Assembly (NCBI RefSeq): GCF_023055435.1
Contig: NW_025963779.1
Coordinates: 13,888,001-13,952,000, forward strand
DNA: 64,000 bases
Origin: Haliotis rufescens
Lineage: Eukaryota
Reading direction: 5' to 3'
Shown here in pieces: positions 1-10,939 of this stretch. How positions within the stretch are numbered: position 1 is the stretch's first letter; every line of letters begins with the position of its first letter. The notes under the pieces are model-generated. The model did no database searches. It worked only from the letters and a program-made list of their open reading frames with translations, and had not been told where the DNA came from. The position numbers and the translations under genes are program-made.

Positions 1-1137
1 AGGGCGATTCCTGACTTTGCGGCCGAGAATGTCCCACATGTGTTCGATTGGGTTCATGTCCGGTGAACATGCCGGCCATGGTAAAACGTGAATGTTGGCG
101 TTTGCTAGGAAGTTATGGGTCAGCCTTGCCGTGTGAGGCCTCGCATTATCGTGCTGGAAAATGATACCATTAGGCTGTTGTAGGATTAATGGCACCACAA
201 CTGGTTGTAAGATGTCATAACGATAACGCTGCGCATTCAGGTTTCCTCGAATAACGACGAGTCTCGTTTTGACGTCACCGCAGATTCCACCCCAAACCAT
301 TAAACCTCCGCCTCCATATGGCCTGACTTGATGGATGCAGTTCGGTGACAAACGTTCACCTACTCTTCGGTACACACGATGCCGGGCGTCGTTCCTGAAG
401 ATGCAAAATCTGCTTTCGTCAGAAAACATGACACGTGCCCAGTTCCACCGTTGCCACCGTCGAAGTCGCCTGGCCCATATTCGTCTGTTGAGTCGGTGTT
501 TAGGTGTCAGGAACGCTCCGCGGTAGGGGCGACGTGCTCGGATACCATGTGCCCGCAGTCTCCTGTACAAGGTTTGTCGACTTATCACGTGTCCCAGTGC
601 CGTCCGTGCCGTTAACGTCGCCGTTACGAAGCGGTCCCGAAGGTGACGTACCCGGATGTGGCGGTCTTCAATAGGCGTGGTCACCCGTGGTCTCCCGGTT
701 CTCGGCCTGTCTGCTGTCCGACCTGTTTGACGCAACCACTGCATTAACCTGGTGACGGTTATGCGCGCGCATCCTAACCTTCTGGCGACGTCGCGGTGCG
801 TAGCTCCCTGTTGGAGCAATCCCTACGGCTCTCTCGCTCTCAGTCGCTGTCAAACGTGGCATTTCTTTTGTGTGCTTTTTGTTGCTGTGATCCCAACGTG
901 TCGGGTCAGCAGTTTTATACAGAAGATATGCACGTGCATTTCGTGTTACGGGACGGAACGTCATTTGGGCAAATTGCACGCTTTTTTCTCAATTGATCAA
1001 ATGTTCCCGGTTTTATCGACCGAATACGTTTGGTTTGGAACGTAGGATACGCAAAAGTACCTTTTCAGACGAAAATTAACTCTTCATAATAAAATATTTA
1101 GAAAAATGTGTGGTATCGTTTCTTTTGGACATTAGTT
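1..1137 (-). mobile_element. Tc1/mariner DNA transposon with frameshifted transposase, truncated by the window start
   Basis: Minus strand from ATG at 862 reads MPRLTATE..., then with frameshifts GRPRVTT, VMFSDESRF, GGGGLMVWGGI, IFQHDNARPH and WPACSPDMNPIEHMWDIL (Tc1 DD34E motifs). The element end at ~1137 is followed by TA (1138-1139). Confidence 0.9.
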
Positions 1138-3020
1138 TACATTCTTTTAAAAATGAGTCTTTCAAATAATTTCCCAAGACAGGATAACAGTGAAATAGGC
1201 CTGTAGTTGGAAGGGTTGGATTCATCTCCCTTTTCGTACAAAGGCATTACATTAGCAAGTTTCCACTGTGATGGGAATGTGCTTTGTTCAAGAGAAAAAT
1301 TAAATAACAAGCGTAAAGGTTTGGCTATGGATAGTGATATATATTTAAGTAATCTGTGATTCAGGTTGTCGGGACCGCTTGCTTTATTTACCGGTAGGGA
1401 CTTTATGAGATCTGTTATTTCTTGACTCTTAATAATGGTATAATCCAATTCATGTTCACATAGTTTAACAAATGGTGGTAGTGAGGCGCCTTCATCAACT
1501 TTGGAAACTGACGTAAAATAATCGTTGAGAGCTTCAGCTTTATCAAAATCAGAAAACGCTTCAGGTACAGTATTGTTGTTACTGACCAGAGGTGGGATCT
1601 CGGTACTGGCTCCAGACTCTTGGATCAAGTGACGTAAAAGTTTCCAATAATTAGAACTGTTTTCCTTGATTTGTGTAGATAATAATTCATCTAAGTTAAG
1701 ATAAAAATTTTCCTTGGCAGCTTTCTTCAAATTGTTTACTTTATTTCTTTGTTTTCTATATTTAGATAAATCGCGTTCATTGCATGTTCGTCTACCTTTT
1801 TTTCTCAGTCGATCTCTTATTCTTATTTCTCTACGTAGTTCACTATCAAACCATGGTTTATCTTTTGGCCTTATTGTGACAGCACGGCTTGGTATGCATA
1901 AGCTTATATAGTTTTTAAATGTGGACAGAAAAATATCACATATTTCACCAATAGACTCGCAGCTATTAAACATGCACATCCAATCAGTTGATTCAATCAA
2001 TTCATTTAACTTCGCATAGTCACCATCTTTATAAATTAGAACCTCTCTCATATAGGATTTTTTCATGTCAATGCAGGTCGTTAGCGAAACAAAAACTCCC
2101 TTGTGGTCACTTATATCCGTGCTGAAGTCGACAACACTCGACTCTATACAATTGCAATCGTCACTGATAACAATAGGGTCAAGCAGAGTTTGTGAATGCT
2201 GAGTGACGCGTGTCGGCTCTTTAATTACATTACGTAAACTCATCCTCACTAAAATATCGTGCAGATGGTGAAGGTTGCTGTTGAGTAAATCTTCGTTAAA
2301 ACCACCGAGTAGAACAACGTAAGGCGTATAATCTAGAGCAGTTTCAAGTGAGTGTTCTAGTTGATCCCAATACAACACAGGGGTGTTAGGTGGTCTGTAC
2401 CACGCACATAATAATATTCTCTTCTGAGGCAAGAAAACCTCGAAACACATATTTTCATAATTATATGATTCTAAATCTTCCCTACGTTTAACGTACAACA
2501 ATGCCGAGAAATATACAATAATACCACCACCAAAACAATTCCTATCCCTCCTATAAGGAGAATGATAAAGGTCTATTTTCAGGTCTTTTGTGTTTTCAGA
2601 ATCATCAAGGTATGTCTCTGTAAAACATACAATGTCATATTCAGAGATTTGCTCAGAGATACGAGGTAGTTTATATCGGAGACTTCTTACATTAAAGTGG
2701 AATATGGATATTTCCTTATTGTGCGAGTTTACTGAAACAGGGCCAGGATGTTTCTCGACATCTCCAGCAATGATGAGAAGTAAGATGAGGATTGGTATAA
2801 TATTGGAGTTAGTGAAAGCCTGTCACGAACAGAGGTATATGTGAACAAGGCTACAGCTGATGGATAAATAAAAGTGTTCAAAACATCCATGGAATAACCA
2901 ACTAAAGTAGGCAGTGGATGATTGATTTGTAATGCGGGATTTTCCCTTTTTTAGGTGAGTTGAATAACAGTTGTTGTAATGCAAACCTATCGATGCTCTG
3001 TACGCACTCAAATCAGTCAC
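1138..3020 (-). mobile_element. Non-LTR retrotransposon (CR1/L2/Crack-type) ORF: 2A-like peptide, APE endonuclease and N-terminal RT; interrupted by Tc1
   Basis: One frame from 3020 to 1137 with a single internal TGA (2823-2825). Motifs: FNVRSL, CFTETYL, GGGIIVY, WYRPP, LLGGFN (degenerate GDFN), PTR, SDH, KASGPD, WKLANVMPLYEKGD, NYRPISLLSCLGKLFE. Confidence 0.9.
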
Positions 3021-3402
3021 TGGTTAACGCTACCACTTGTACAACTTTTAATTCCCACCACCTAGGGATGCTTCCAACCAAATATGGTTGATATCTATTT
3101 CTTAGTTCCAGAGAAGAAGTCGTTTAAAGCAATATTGCCAAATTACCTCTATTTGGCCCCGACTCTGAGTCCCCTGGGGGGTCAGCGCCACCATTTGTAC
3201 AATTTTTAATCCCCACCACTTAGGGATGCTTCCAGTCAAATTTCGTTAATTTCCAATTAATGGTTCAGAAAAAAAGTCGTATGAAAAAAATGTTGACGTG
3301 CGGACGACGTGTCTCGTGATCGGATCCACGACAGTCAAAACTGTAAATGTTAAATGCAGAATGTATAATATCCTTTCAAGAAGCTTACACTCTTCATAGA
3401 AA

Positions 3403-3710
3403 GCCGGGAGAGCGGAAGGTCGGGGTTCGATCCCACATCGCGTCATACCAAAATGGGGGCGGTCGGGTAGCCCTGTTATTAAAGCGTTCGCTCGTCACGC
3501 CGGCATTAAGGAGGTAAAACAAGGACTGGTGGGCTTGGCGTCAGTATGCTCTGTCTGAGTTGGGGATTGGTATCTCAGTGGGATAGCACTATAAATCGGC
3601 ATCAGTCCAGACTAGTACAAGCACCCCCCCCACCCCCCCCACCCCCCCCACACACACGTGCATGCAAGTGCAGTAATCTTGGACGCTATGTTAAACCGTT
3701 TCACCTCACC
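3403..3710 (+). mobile_element. Chimeric SINE: family B with a family A tRNA-head fragment inside
   Basis: B head/box B (ggttcgatccc, gcgtcataccaaaa), then A head (ggggcggtcgggtagcc...gttcgctcgtcacgcc, ~3455-3500), then B body and cacctcacc tail. Confidence 0.75.
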
Positions 3711-3893
3711 TACACTCTTCATAGTTATGTTTTGCTGGGTCATCATGCGTTTGCAAACATCTTATAACTTCTCTAGGTGAACTGAGATAGTTAACTGTGG
3801 CGAACAAGTCTGAGATAGCCAAGGGAACAACCAGGTGCCACGTTATACTTCACCTTCAAGTCTTTTACAAATCTCAGTACATCAGTGTTGGTC

Positions 3894-6800
3894 ATGATGG
3901 CGTGTCGAGGCATTGCAGCGTTATTAGTTTGTGTCGTGGGCGTCACTGCTGCTGATCTTTGTTTGGTGAGTAAATCCTACATTCAGTAGAAGGTTGGAAA
4001 CTAGTCACCACATGGAGAGTCCTATTTACCAGCAATGTCTTCCGCCGTATTTGGCACGACCCGTTCAGGGACCGACCATTTAATTTTCTAGGTTGAGGCT
4101 GGGATTGTGTATAGATTTTGTTTCTTAGCAACAAAACCAGATATTTTGTATTTAAAACTATGAGCCTGAATGTTCTTGTTTTTTTTTAGAAAAAAACCCT
4201 TGCAATAATTTAATTTTTGTGACAGGCAATTTCTTTTTTTCAACAGTCTGAAGGATAATTAATTTTTTTAAAGTATTTTCGTGGACAGTTCATTATTTTG
4301 ATAGAATCCTAGCCCGAACCCCTAGAATATCAAATTGTCGATCCTATAAATGAGACCATTTCAACGAAACCTATAAACTTGGACTCCATTAAAGATAGTC
4401 ATCAACTCATATTAAAAGACTGGAAGACCAGAAGTAACCTGACATAAATGTTTCAATGCAATTCCCTTTCTGCACACGTAAGCAGAACTACATCTTGTTA
4501 AAAAAGTATCTCGCAAAACAAACAATTAATTGAGCTTACATTTTACTACCCTGTGTTTTGTAACATATCTCTTATTAAATGGCCGATCTAGGGCTATCAT
4601 TAACTTAAAATATCGCAAGTAAAACTTAGTGCTTGCGATGAAATCCTTATCAACACTTTATATATGGTCAGTTATCAGCACTGTGGTTGTCGTGAAATAC
4701 AGAACTTGAGTTCACGAGATTTCACTGCATATTGCACGGTTCTTATATGGGCACGAGCTTGATACCAAGGTAGCATTAATTATCCAAATTCTGTATTGAA
4801 ATAGGCATCCGAGTTAGTGGCTGTTTCTATTTTTGGCGTTTGTTTAGCGATAACAGTACATGAACCCTCTGTTTCAGGATTGTCAAGAGGACACTACCAC
4901 TGCTGAGCCAGTAGACCTTGTTCTGTATTATGAGTCTATGTGCCCCTACTGTCGCACGTTCATCACCACCCAACTCTACCCTACCTTCACCGCTCTGCCT
5001 TCTGGTGTCCTCAATGTCACAATTGTGCCCTACGGTAACGCTAGGGTAGGTACTGTGTCTTGTGTTCTAAGTGTCACAATTGCGCCCTACGGTAACGCTA
5101 GGGTAGGTACTGTGTCTTGTGTTCTCAATGTCACAATAGTGCCCTACGGTAACGCTAGGGTAGGTACTGTGTCTTGTGTTCTCAATGTCACAATAGTGCC
5201 CTACGGTAACGCTAGGGTAGGTACTGTGTCTTGTGTTCTCAATGTCACAATAGTGCCCTACGGTAACGCTAGGGTAGGTACTGTGTCTTGTGTTCTCAAT
5301 GTCACAATAGTGCCCTACGGTAACGCTAGGGTAGGCACTGTGTCTTGTGTTCTAAGTGTCACAATAGTGCCCTACGGTAACGCTAGGGTAGGTACTGCGT
5401 CTTGTGTTCTAAGTGTCACAATAGTGCCCTACGGTAACGCTAGGGTAGGTACTGCGTCTTGTGTTCTAAGTGTCACAATAGTGCCCTACGGTAAAGCTAG
5501 GGTAGGTACTGCGTCTTGTGTTCTAAGTGTCACAATAGAGCCCTACGGTAACGCTAGGGTAGGTACTGTGTCTTGTGTTCTCAATGTCACAATAGTGCCC
5601 TACGGTAACGCTAGGGTAGGTACTGCGTCTTGTGTTCTAAGTGTCACAATAGTGCCCTACGGTAACGCTAGGGTAGGTACTGCGTCTTGTGTTCTAAGTG
5701 TCACAATAGTGCCCTACGGTAAAACTAGGGTAGGTACTGTGTCTTGTGTTCTAAGTGTCACAATAGTGCCCTACGGTAACGCTAGGGTAGGTACTGTGTC
5801 TTGTGTTCTAAGTGTCACAATAGTGCCCTACGGTAACGCTAGGGTAGGTACTGTGTCTTGTGTTCTCAATGTCACAATAGTGCCCTAGGGTAACGCTAGG
5901 GTAGGTACTGTGTCTTGTGTTCTAAGTGTCACAATAGTGCCCTACGGTAACGTTAGGCTTAGTATTCTGTCTTTCACAATCAATGTCAACTTTAAAGCCT
6001 TACGGTTACGCCAAGGTAGTTATTCTCTCTTCTTGCGTTCTCAATGACACCATAGAGCCCAATGTAGGTATTTTGTTTTTTCAAGGTCACGATAGTAAAG
6101 GACAATAAGATACTAAAATCGTAATGACACTAAGAGACAATATTTTACAAATGAAACTGTTTCAGGAAAGGCAGCGGAACGGCACCTGGGAATTCGCCTG
6201 TCAGCACGGTTCTGTGGAGTGTCTTGGTAACCTTATCGCCGTGAGTTCGAGAGTGTCTTCATTGCAGATTTTGTAATTTCAAAATACATATTCAGCGTCA
6301 CTCCTAATTTCTATTCCATAACTGTGACGTGTAACAGATAAAACCTGAATATGAACTCAGACTGCATCTAGTCATCAGTGATAGTTAAGAGAAGAATGTA
6401 CAGATTTCTATGAACAGTTGGTCATTTTGTATTTTATCTTCAGACATGCGCCCTCAACTATACCTCCTATACACCCAGTGACTACATGCCGTTTATCAAC
6501 TGTATGGAGACCAGTACGGTTCATGGTCACGAGTTGACCGCCTTACACAAGGTACCCGTCGTTACCCTTTGTGTCAGAAGGCTTCAACATATTTTCACCT
6601 TGGATAGGTCAAGACCAGCCTGATCTTCTAGTGCTGTTAGATCGGTCGCTGCGCCCCTTCTCCAGTGGTAGTAGAATATGCTAAGTGATTGCTGCATCCG
6701 TGGTTGCCGTGAGGGGCAGTCGTTCACATGCATGTGACTATGCAATGGCCTGCGTCCGTTGTTAATGTCTTGCCGTATATACGCGTGCATGGAACTCCGT

Positions 6801-9586
6801 CAAAGTAGCGGTGAGGGTTGCTCGTAAGAGTGCACGTGACTACGTGAAGGTTGCAATCGTACGTATAAGGGACCACCGTGTATGGTAGCTGCGTCCGTGG
6901 TTGCAATTAGGGGAACGGGGTGGATGGTGGTGGCTGCGTCTGTTGTCTGTGGCTGCAAGGGGGATGGGATGAGATGTGGTGATTGCAAGGAGGGGGATGG
7001 GTTGTGGTGGTTGCAATGGGGGAATAGGGTGGGTTGTGGTGGTTGCAATGGGGGTATGGGAAGTGGTGGTTGCAATGGGGAAGAGGGTAGGTTGTGGTGG
7101 TTGTAATGAAGGTATGGGTTGGGTGGTGGTTGCAATGAGGGTTATGGGGTGGGTGGTGGTTGCAATGAGGGTTATGGGGTGGGTGGTGGTTGCAATGAGG
7201 GGTATGGGGTGGGTGGTGTTTGCAATGAGGGTTATGGGGTGGGTGGTGGTTGCAATGAGTGGTATGGGGTGGGTGGTGTTTGCAATGAGGGGTATGGGGT
7301 GGGTGGTGTTTGCAATGAGGGGTATTGGGTGGGTGGTTGCAATGAGTGGTATGGGGTGGGTGGTGGTTGCAATGAGTGGTATGGGGTGGGTGGTGTTTGC
7401 AATGAGGGGTATTGGGTGGGTGGTTGCAATGAGGGGTATGGGGTGGGTGGTGGTTGCAATGAGTGGTATGGGGTGGGTGGTGTTTGCAATGAGGGGTATT
7501 GGGTGGGTGGTTGCAATGAGGGAAATGGGGTGGGTGGTGGTTGCAATGAGGGGTATGGGGTGGGTGGTGTTTGCAATGAGGGGAATGGGGTGGGTGGTGT
7601 TTGCAATGAGGGGAATGGGGGTGGATGGTGGTTGCAATGAGGGAAATGGGGTGGGTGGTGGTTGCAATGAGGGAAATGGGGTGGGTGGTGGTTGCAATGA
7701 GGGGTATGGGGTGGGTGGTGGTTGCAATGAGGGGTATGGGGTGGGTGGTGTTTGCAATGAGGGGAATGGGGTGGGTGGTGTTTGCAATGAGGGGAATGGG
7801 GGTGGATGGTGGTTGCAATGAGGGAAATGGGGTGGGTGGTGGTTGCAATGAGGGAAATGGGGTGGGTGGTGGTTGCAATGAGTGGTATGGGGTGGGTGGT
7901 TGCAATGAGGGGTATGGGGGTGGTGGCTGCAAGGAGGGGTATGGGGTGGGTGGTGGTTGCAATGAGGGGTATGGGGGTGGATGGTGGTTGCAATGAGGGA
8001 AATGGGGTGGGTGGTGGTTGCAATGAGTGGTATGGGGTGGGTGGTTGCAATGAGGGGTATGGGGTGGGTGGTGGTTGCAATGAGGGGAATGGGGTGGGTG
8101 GCTGCAAGGAGGGGTATGGGGTGGGTGGTGGTTGCAATGAGGGGTATTGGATGGGTGGTTGCAAGGAGGGGTATGGGGTGGGTGATGGTTGCAATGAGGG
8201 GTATGGGGGTGGATGGTGGTTGCAATGAGGGGTATGGGGTGGGTTGTGGTTGCAATGAGGGGAATGGGGTGGGTGGTGGTTGCAATGAGGGAAATGGGGA
8301 GGGTGGTGGTTGCAATGAGGGGAATGGGGTGGATGGTGGTTGCAATGAGGGGTATGGGGTGGGTGGTGGTTGCAATGAGGGGTATGGGGGTGGATGGTGG
8401 TTGCAATGAGGGAAATGGGGTGGGTGGTGGTTGCAATGAGGGAAATGGGGTGGGTGGTGGTTGCAATGAGGGAAATGGGGTGGGTGGTGGTTGCAATGAG
8501 GGGTATGGGGGTGGATGGTGGTTGCAATGAGGGGTATGGGGTGGGTTCTGGTTGCAATGAGGGGAATTTGGTGGGTGGTGGTTGCAATGAGGGGAATTTG
8601 GTGGGTGGTGGTTGCAATGAGAGGAATGGGGTGGGTGGCTGCAATGAGGGGTAACGGGTGGGTGGCTGCAATGAGGGGTAACGGGTGGGTGGCTGCAATG
8701 AGGGGTAACGGGTGGGTGGCTGCAATGAGGGGTAACGGGTGGGTGGCTGCAATGAGGGGTAACGGGTGGGTGGCTGCAATGAGGGGTATTGGGTGGGTTA
8801 TGGTTGCAATGAGGGGTATGGGGAGGGTGGTGGTCCCAATGTGGGGGATGGGGTGGGTGGTGGTTGCAATGAGGGGTATGGGGAGGGTGGTGGTCCCAAT
8901 GTGGGGGATGGGGTGGGTGGTGGTTGCAATGAGGGGTATGGGGAGGGTGGTGGTCCCAATGTGGGGGATGGGGTGGGTGGTGGTTGCAATGAGGGGTATG
9001 GGGAGGGTGGTGGTCCCAATGTGGGGGATGGGGTGGGTGGTGGTTGCAATGAGGGGTATGGGGTGGGTGGATGTTGCAATGAGGGGGATCGGGTGGGTGG
9101 CTGCAAGGAGGGGAATGGGGTGGGTTGTGGTGGCCGATCTTTGGTTGTTGGTTGCAATTTCGTGTCGTTTTATAGTTCAATCTTTCTCGCTGTCACAATA
9201 TGGCTGAACATTACATTAAACTCACTAACTTACTCACTTACTTACTCACTAACGTACTAACTTACTCACTCGCTGCTGGACACAATGGCCCTCAATACAG
9301 ATTCTCCTTGTCGTCGTTTCAGTGTGCGGCTGCAAACAACATGTCCGAGGCCGACCTATTGACTTGTGTAAAGAACGAAGATTCCGGGGTGCTGATGCAC
9401 CAGATGGCGCTGACCACGGAGAATGCCAAAATCAACTTCGTTCCTTGGATTGTCGTGAACGGCCAACACACCACCAGCATACAGAACAGCGCCTACAGGG
9501 GGTTGATGAGTTTTGTCTGCAAGACGTACTCTGGGCCAAAGCCGACTGCCTGTAAAGACGTCACAGATGCACCAGTCATAGGGTGA
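3894..9586 (+). CDS. IFI30: Gamma-interferon-inducible lysosomal thiol reductase (GILT) paralog 1; 5 exons, 228 aa
   Basis: Exons 3894-3965, 4878-5045, 6166-6240, 6444-6551, 9323-9586; all GT-AG and phase 0. Signal peptide, YYESMCPYC active-site CxxC, VPYGNA, signature CQHGSVECLGN, VPWIVVNG. ATTAAA at 9662. Confidence 0.93.
4067..4345. mobile_element. MITE (PIF/Harbinger-like termini) in GILT-1 intron 1
   Basis: Imperfect TIRs agggaccgaccatttaattttctagg / cctagaatatcaaattgtcgatcct; absent from the homologous intron of GILT-2. Confidence 0.55.
5001..5960 (+). repeat. 57-bp tandem repeat (~17 units) made of the last 45 nt of GILT-1 exon 2 plus 12 nt of donor/intron
   Basis: Unit tcttgtgttctcaatgtcacaatagtgccctacggtaacgctagg|gtaggtactgtg; degenerate copies continue to ~6070. 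Confidence 0.97.
6895..9160 (+). repeat. G-rich minisatellite (27-31-bp units) in GILT-1 intron 4
   Basis: Unit gggtgggtggtggttgcaatgaggggtatg, with a 27-bp sub-array (~8635-8790) and a 60-bp dimer sub-array (~8800-9060). Confidence 0.97.
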
Positions 9587-9781
9587 CGTCCTCGACAACT
9601 GGACACGTGGGATGTGGCTGTAATATCGTCCATGCTTTCGCAAGGGACACTGACATTTCCCATTAAAACATCCGTCTTTCTTTGACGTTAGTTTTTCTTA
9701 AATGGATACTGATTTTGTGGTATCATATTACTGCGCCTGCTAAACATACTGATATTTTCAAACAAGTATTACATTCATGGA

Positions 9782-9949
9782 GGGGCGGTCGGGTAGCCTA
9801 GTGGTTAAAGCGTTCGCTCGTCACGCCGAAGACCCGGGTTCGATTCCCGACATGGGTACAATGTGTGAAGCCAATTTCTGGTGTCCCCCGCCGTGATATT
9901 GATGGAATATTGCTAAAAGCGGCGTAAAACCATACTCACTCACTCACTC
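9782..9949 (+). mobile_element. tRNA-derived SINE family A (~170 bp, (ACTC)n tail)
   Basis: Box A tagcctagtgg, box B ggttcgattcc, TSD acattcatgg. Confidence 0.9.
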
Positions 9950-10112
9950 ACATTCATGGTGTATAGGAGCTGGATATGAATATTTATTCTTCCTTTAAAA
10001 CAATTTCTGTTATAATAATGGTGTAAAATGTATTTGACATTTCCGAAACTGAACAAGATAAATAGTTCTGAGTGTTTTTTTGAATTACTACAATATCACT
10101 AACTACAATGAG

Positions 10113-10234
10113 TGAGTGAGTGAGTTTGGTTTTACGCCGCTTTTAGCAATATTCCAGCAATATCACGGCGGGGGACACCAGGGTCTTCGGCGTGACGAGC
10201 GAACGCTTTAACCACTAGGCTACCCGACCGCCCC
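10113..10234 (-). mobile_element. SINE family A, internally deleted
   Basis: 13-bp TSD taactacaatgag (10100-10112 / 10236-10248); lacks the box B-to-mid segment. Confidence 0.85.
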
Positions 10235-10939
10235 GTAACTACAATGAGCTGAAATACTAGGTACGTTGGCTAAATGACTGAACAACCTCCGGTGATCACC
10301 AGGGTGAGAACAAAATGTCACGTCAAGGTCTTCCCTTTTTACTTTTTTCCTATTTCGTTCCTTCAGTATATGATGAGCTTTGGAGCTTCATATGTCTGTC
10401 TCAGAGAAAAATATTTGTATTCTCTACAGAGAACATGTATACACGATTATCACACTATTCTCCAATTTATTTCAAGATTCTGATACACGACCTCGCTGGA
10501 TGCAATTGTAAAACTGTATTAGACGAGTCTCGATTTGTCGAAAGGTTTTGTGAATTTCCTGTAAATTAACAGACATGGCTTGACAAAATTAGTACATAGA
10601 TATCTGAAAACGTTTCACCAAAAATAACTTTCCAGTCTATCGTGCTTGGAAATGAAATTACTGTGCTTTAGAACATCATGTCATCGTTTGCCTAAAGAAA
10701 CGCGAAGCTGAACTCAAACTCTGTAATGAATGAGTGAAGTTTGGTTTAACGCCGCTTTGAACAGTTTTTCATTTGCTTCACAGCGTACGTATTATCTTGG
10801 TGTGGGAGGAAATAATGCAGGTTTTAGTGAAACCCACGGGCATAGGAACAGTGCAGACAAACATATTCAGGGTGAACCACAATCATAGGTTTCCAGCATG
10901 CCCAAGGGACGCAACTCTGCCCTATGTAATGAGCGATTG

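Noticed and set aside
4860-5888. 342-aa single-exon protein
   Set aside because: GILT exon 2 read through into the 57-bp repeat; the ATG is intronic.
5001-5960. CRISPR-like array
   Set aside because: No unique spacers; eukaryotic tandem repeat. The same applies to the 82-, 31- and 11-bp arrays.
6800-9260. Long Pro/His- and Gly-rich ORFs (up to 757 aa)
   Set aside because: Open in several frames on both strands because of the G-rich minisatellite; they lie in GILT-1 intron 4.
9782-9855. Functional tRNA genes in SINE heads and TRIM LTRs
   Set aside because: Acceptor stems are incomplete, and the sequences are followed by repeat bodies and TSDs.
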